DNA from: Bispira polyomma
Taxonomy: Eukaryota
Length of the DNA: 64,000 nt
NCBI GenBank assembly: GCA_965649765.1
Contig: OZ287753.1
Span: 77,872,001-77,936,000, forward strand
Direction: 5' to 3'
Part shown: piece after piece, positions 58,870-64,000 of the stretch
Layout: every line of letters begins with the position of its first letter
Position numbering within the stretch: the first letter of the stretch is position 1
Notes under the pieces: model-generated
What the model was told of the DNA's origin: nothing
The model's input: the letters and a program-made list of their open reading frames with translations, nothing else
Database searches by the model: none
Position numbers and translations under genes: made by a program

Positions 58870-61800
58870 TGCCACAATGCCGATCATACCCCCCACCTTA
58901 ACGATTATAAGTTCGGGGGCCATTATCAGGCACGATCAGCCCAACCAATGACTCTTTTAGATTCAGGACACTCACAGAGGTTTTTAAACATGTCAGAAAA
59001 CCTCTGCGAGTAAGTGTTAGTTCCCTGTGTACCAGTGAAGTAGGGTCAGGGTCAGGTAGAGATCAAATTGACTAACACTGTCATATGCGGTTCAATATTT
59101 ATTCTGCTGTTTGTATGTTAACTTGAGGTTTTTATGGTAACTTAAGGTTACTATAACTTAATGGCAACTTAAGGTTACCATAAATTAACTTTACGGGAGG
59201 ACTTAAGGTCCCCTAAATAAATAATTTTATTCAAGTAGTTCTACATATACATGGATAGAAAGTTACAATTCAGTTGAATTTGTTGAACGCAAGCAACAAT
59301 ACAAGCAACAATATTTAATTTTTTAACTTCAGAAAACAAGCAACAAGATTTAATTTTTAACTGAGAACGCAAGCAACAATACAAGCGACAAGGTTCAATT
59401 TATAACTGAGAACACAAGCAACAACATTTCAGTTTGAACAAAACTTGTTAATTGCATGAAAGGATATACTGGATACCCGGATAGGTGTACGCCTATCCCG
59501 CTAACTAGAAGCACCCAAACCCTAACAGTGTAGTAGAAAAAGGGGGGAAGGTAGTACGTTATAGTTGCTGCTTGAAAGTATTAGCTACCTGCTGACTGGC
59601 ATCAACAGAATCAGTGACATATTGCCATACATAGTCGGATGTCCAGGTGCCATGTTTCTGAATGTTATGTATACTAACATTGTGATTGAAAGCAAAGGTG
59701 GCGCCTGATCGTCGTCGGAAGGCATGGAAGGCAAGCCCTAAGTGTTCCAGGCCTAATTTTGTAAGAACAATTTTGAAATGAACTCGGACCCCAGTGACAG
59801 TGAGCGGAAGCCATGTCTGATTCAGTTTGAATTGGAACAAGGGTGAGTTGTTGCCCGGAGGTGTTATAGCTAAAGCAGTCCGCAAGGCCCTGACAGGGCA
59901 CAAGGGGGAATCCGGTAGCTGAGGAATTGTGAGAAATTTGGGTGAAATCCTGGGTGAAACATAACATCAGCCTGAGCTAGGTGTTTCAAGGCGGAAATTT
60001 TGAGGTCGTATGTGGTACCAGGTTTGAAAGCCTCAGAAATGAAAACAAACTAAGCAGATAGACTGCTTTCAAGACTTGACCCACGTAGATAGTATTACAG
60101 ATAGACACAATATTTCAGTACTGACATCAATGACCTTCTTAAGTTTGACATGCAATGGTGCGGCTGATAGGGTGGCCTTCTGATAGCAGGCTATCCTGGG
60201 ATCACTAAAAGCCTGTACTCGCACATTATGGATGATTGATTGGGCCTTAATGACCGACAGGTAGTTAGTCATTTGGGCTGGTTTGACTGAGTTATAGTGT
60301 AGCAATTTTAGAAAGGATAACAGGTCAACCACTGTGACCTTGGCAAGGGGTTGGTCAATGAAGAGAGTAAAGGCCACAATTATCCTGTACATGGCATTTT
60401 AAGCCCTGGTCGTGGAGCTACAGAAGGCCACAGGTAGCTTTTTAGTGGCTTTGGTGAACAGCAACCGCTGGACTGGGGTGACATCTGAAATACATTACGC
60501 TACAGAGGATACTTTACTTTATATCTGATCATTTACTTGTGAGTAATCCTGGTTTACACGGCACCACTGAGTGTGGCCCACAGGTCAGGTAATTGGGTAT
60601 GATTTTGAGGGGTATCTGACCGACGTGATAACAGTTCAGCCACCCGTGTTATTTTCATCTAATTTGTGAATAACCTTAAGGTCAACATTGTGTTGACTTG
60701 CTAGCATGAAGATGTTGCGGGCGTAAAATGCTAGGACACTGTCTCTTGTTCTACCAGTGATTAAAACACTGACCACTGCCTGGTTATCACATTTGATTAG
60801 TATTCTTTGGGCATGCCACATGTCCCCCCCATAGCTGAAGAGCCACAAAAATGTTGAGCATTTCCAAAGAAGCAATATTTTGAGATTGAAGTTCAGTTGG
60901 TATAGCCAGGGTGTACACGTACTTGGTTGCCATATATTCCCCATAGTCGTTAAGCAGGCATCCAGTTCTACCATAGCTGTGGTGGGTTTGTGATAGATGA
61001 AGGATACCCCATTGAATTTTTCGAGAAATATTTTGAACCATTGTAAATCTTTATAAAATTCAGGACTTATGGTGAATGTTTTGCTATGAGTATTGCTTCT
61101 GAGGAGTTGCAACATTCTGTTGAGGAAGAACCTGGCATACCAGACACATTTAGAGACATACAATAGGAAACCAAGGAGAGATTGGAGCTCTGTTTTGGTA
61201 CACCATTTTTGTTAACCTATTGCTGGCACATAGTTTTAATGCATTTTAATTTGTCCTCAGGTATGGAGGTGGTGAAGTCCATGGTATCTACCACAACACC
61301 CAGGCATATAACCCTGGTATGTGGAGGTACTAAATTCTTATGGCTAAGGGTTAACCCTAATTCGGACAACAAGGCCTGTAAACGTTCCTATGTGTGGAAT
61401 ATTTTGCTGGGAACTGAGCAACATAAGAGGTCATCAATGTAGTTCAAGATTGTGTGACCTTCACCTTGCATGATTAACCTTTTATCTGCATCTGAAAGTC
61501 TCTGAAAAATGGCAGACCCATGTTTGTACCCAAAAGGTAAAGAATCTAAGTAGTAGCCCTTCAAAAAGAGGCCCAGTAAATCTATATCCCCAGGGTCTAT
61601 GGTGACGTGTCGGAAAGCTTACATCTACCTTAAAAATAAGAGATCCCCTTCCCATGTGCAGTACTTGGTTGGTTATGGCATCTATGGAGGGGTAAGTAAG
61701 TACAACATTTTTATTCAAATAAGCAGATGGGGAGACACTAGAATTTACAGACTCACCCACAGGCCAGCTGAGGTCAATAATGACCTTCCTGTTATTCGAA

Positions 61801-62860
61801 CCTGACTTATCTCTGGTCATAAAGGGAGAAGTATGTAAGTCAGTAATAGGGGGTTTATCATAAGGGCCATATATAGTCCCCATCTCACGTTCCTCCTTGA
61901 GGTAGTGGTCCACATGGCTGGGGTACTGCCTAGCTGAAAGGTGGTTAATTTGGTCTGAATTTGCCTTAAGTTTTCTATTATAGTCAAGGGGAAACCCAAA
62001 CTTAATTAGCAGGGGGAGTTCCCAGTGCCAGTATTGTTTGAGATATGTTCCCCATACTTCATAATTAAGTTGTACCTTAACAGGTACTTGTAACCCTTTG
62101 TAGTTATGACGGCCATCTTGTCTGAGGTCTCTGTGGAGGTGGAAAATATTTGAGTATAAGTATTGGTCACTGGAGTGGTCAGTAATTTTTCCCCCATTTT
62201 ACTAAGAGGAATAAAACCGAATTTTAATTTGTTTTGACTGTCCTACAGTTTATAAGTATCACAGTGAGAGGCATTACAAACGGACTGTGTGTTATTTCCT
62301 ACACTACATAAGTCTGAGGTATATTTGTCTGGCTCTATATTATCAGAATTCTCTGCATTACACACACTGTGTACTTCAATCCCTATTAGTGAATTACTTG
62401 GACCTATCCCTACACAATCTGTTTCTAGAGACGGCACAGGGTGTTTTATTATTATCCACACTGTGTAAGTCTGGGGTATATTTCTCTGGCTGTATACTAT
62501 TAGAATACTTTGCAGTACACCCACTGTGTGCTTCAATCCCAGTTTGTGAGTTAATTGACCCCATCCCCATAATTTCTATTTCTAGAGACGGCTCCACACA
62601 GAATGGATATTGCGGTTTTAAAATACTGAATGTACCAGCCAGCATGTTGATTGCTGTTTGTAAGTATGATTCACTGGGGACAGTGGATCAGCTCTACTAG
62701 GTGGGCCCTCTCCTCGATTGTGTGCTTGTTGGAAGAACTGATAAAAGGTTTATTACCTGGTGTACTTAATAAAGCCACATTTTTTGTCAAATCTTTGCTG
62801 GTATTCTTATTATTTAGACAATTTATTTTACTTTGTCTCCCAACACAGTCACATTATTTA
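58870..62860 (-). mobile_element. Decayed tyrosine-recombinase retrotransposon (DIRS order, Ngaro/PAT-like); boundaries approximate
   Basis: RT: SPFMTRDKSGSNNRKVIIDLSWP, IFKVDVS, and NYIDD at about 61430-61443. RNase H: ELDACLT and CDNQAVVSVL. Tyrosine recombinase: CPVRAL..HAFRRRSGAT..HGTWTSD. The order RT-RH-YR is diagnostic. Many frameshifts. Confidence 0.9.
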
Positions 62861-62884
62861 GACACTAATATACACAAGCATAAT

Positions 62885-63790
62885 TTGAGTGTATTGTATT
62901 GTGCATTTTTAACGCGTCTTATTGATGCTAGGCATCTTCTAAGGCGCAGCATCAGAATCAATCAGCCAATAAAAAAATTAAAAACATAGCCAGGTTGTAA
63001 GGATGAATGCATCAGCGCCCAAGAAGAGGACTACGGCGGATAGGCTAGTCTGAAGAAATAGGTTTTATGCTTTTTTCTAAAACCCGAAAGTGTTTCAAGC
63101 AGTCTAAGTTTAGCTGAAAGACTGTTCCATAAACTAGGTGCGGCCAGTGAGAAAGCTCTAGATCCAACCCTATTCATGGGTTTTTTTTAAGGAAACAGAG
63201 TGTCTTTTTTCCCCTTTTAAGGCTGCTGAGGGAGAGTTTAGTAGCGAGATAGTGAGGCTGTTGACAGACAACAGCTTTAAAAATAGTTATGTGCATTTTA
63301 AACAGGATTCGATAGTAAATAGGAAACCAGTGAAGTTTCTTAAAGTATGGATTGACATCAGTACGGATTCCCAGACGAAAGATGACTCTACATAGGTAGT
63401 TTTAGATGGACTGCAACTTGTTAATGTGGGACTTATTGGCTCCATACAGAAGAGAATTACAGTAGTCAAGGCGGCTACTTACAACATCGTTGGCCACAGT
63501 GATAGCAGTATATAGTGACAAATAATTTTTAATTCTTTTAAGGTTCCGAATATTATAGTAACAGGAGTGGCGGATGCTGTTAATGTGAGGAAGAAATGAA
63601 AAAGCAGGGTCGATAGTGACACCTAGGTTTTTGACCTAGTCTGAAGGTTGAATCTTATTACCCAGTAGTGTGATTGGGAAAAGTGATCTGAAGTATTCAC
63701 TGTGTTTCTTATTTCCAATTAGGATGAATTGAAGGTGGTCATTTAACAATTTATGATTTTTAAAACCTGAATTGTACACATATTTAGTTC
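62885..63790 (-). mobile_element. 3' part of an L2/CR1-group LINE
   Basis: Minus translation gives NLGVTIDPAFSFLPHINSI and GSRAFSLAAPSLWNSLSAKLR..FRKKHKTYFF, followed by a 3' stem-loop-like gcgccttagaagatg..cgcgttaaaaatg and a short (caata)n tail. Confidence 0.8.
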
Positions 63791-64000
63791 TAAAACAACA
63801 TTTAATTTTTTCCTTCTTTTGAACTTTCACTGCACTTTTGCAGTGAATACCGAGCTTTTTGTAGCTGATCTTTTGACACACAATTTCGTTTAGTGTGAAC
63901 GCTCACAGGTCTCACACACATGTTTAAATAGCTGGCCAGCCGTTCTATGGCTTGTAGTAAATTTGCAGGTTCCTTCCTGGTTTTTGACTTCAGATTGAGA

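Overview
AT-rich, intron-containing animal DNA. It is probably lophotrochozoan or molluscan, judged from the SINE and Helentron families and an ependymin-related gene; the species cannot be determined. I assembled three multi-exon genes by hand from splice sites and reading-frame continuity. (1) A + strand 15-exon nuclear RNA/DNA-binding protein (5779-31273) with a SAP domain, acidic tract, two divergent RRM-like domains and a Gly/Tyr/RGG tail. (2) A convergent - strand gene (49302-35059) whose N-terminus is peripherin-2/ROM1-like but lacks the large Cys-rich EC2/D2 loop, and which splices onto about 680 aa of disordered sequence ending in an extremely basic Gly/Lys/Arg repeat tail. A 26-nt frameshifting micro-exon could switch this tail off. 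(3) A - strand ependymin-related secreted protein (58610 to about 52604) with a probable GC-AG intron. The rest is a layered transposon landscape: a decayed Ginger-type integrase, LINE fragments, a PIF/Harbinger remnant whose intact MADF exons are in frame with the host SAP exons, Helentron-like (HINE) elements (one carrying a 142-bp satellite with a 570-bp higher-order repeat), hAT and Kolobok-like MITEs, tRNA-derived SINEs and a decayed DIRS/Ngaro-type element. The best candidates for undescribed biology are the EC2-less peripherin with a switchable polybasic tail and the potential SAP-MADF host-transposon fusion. All homology calls come from recalled family motifs; no database search was run.
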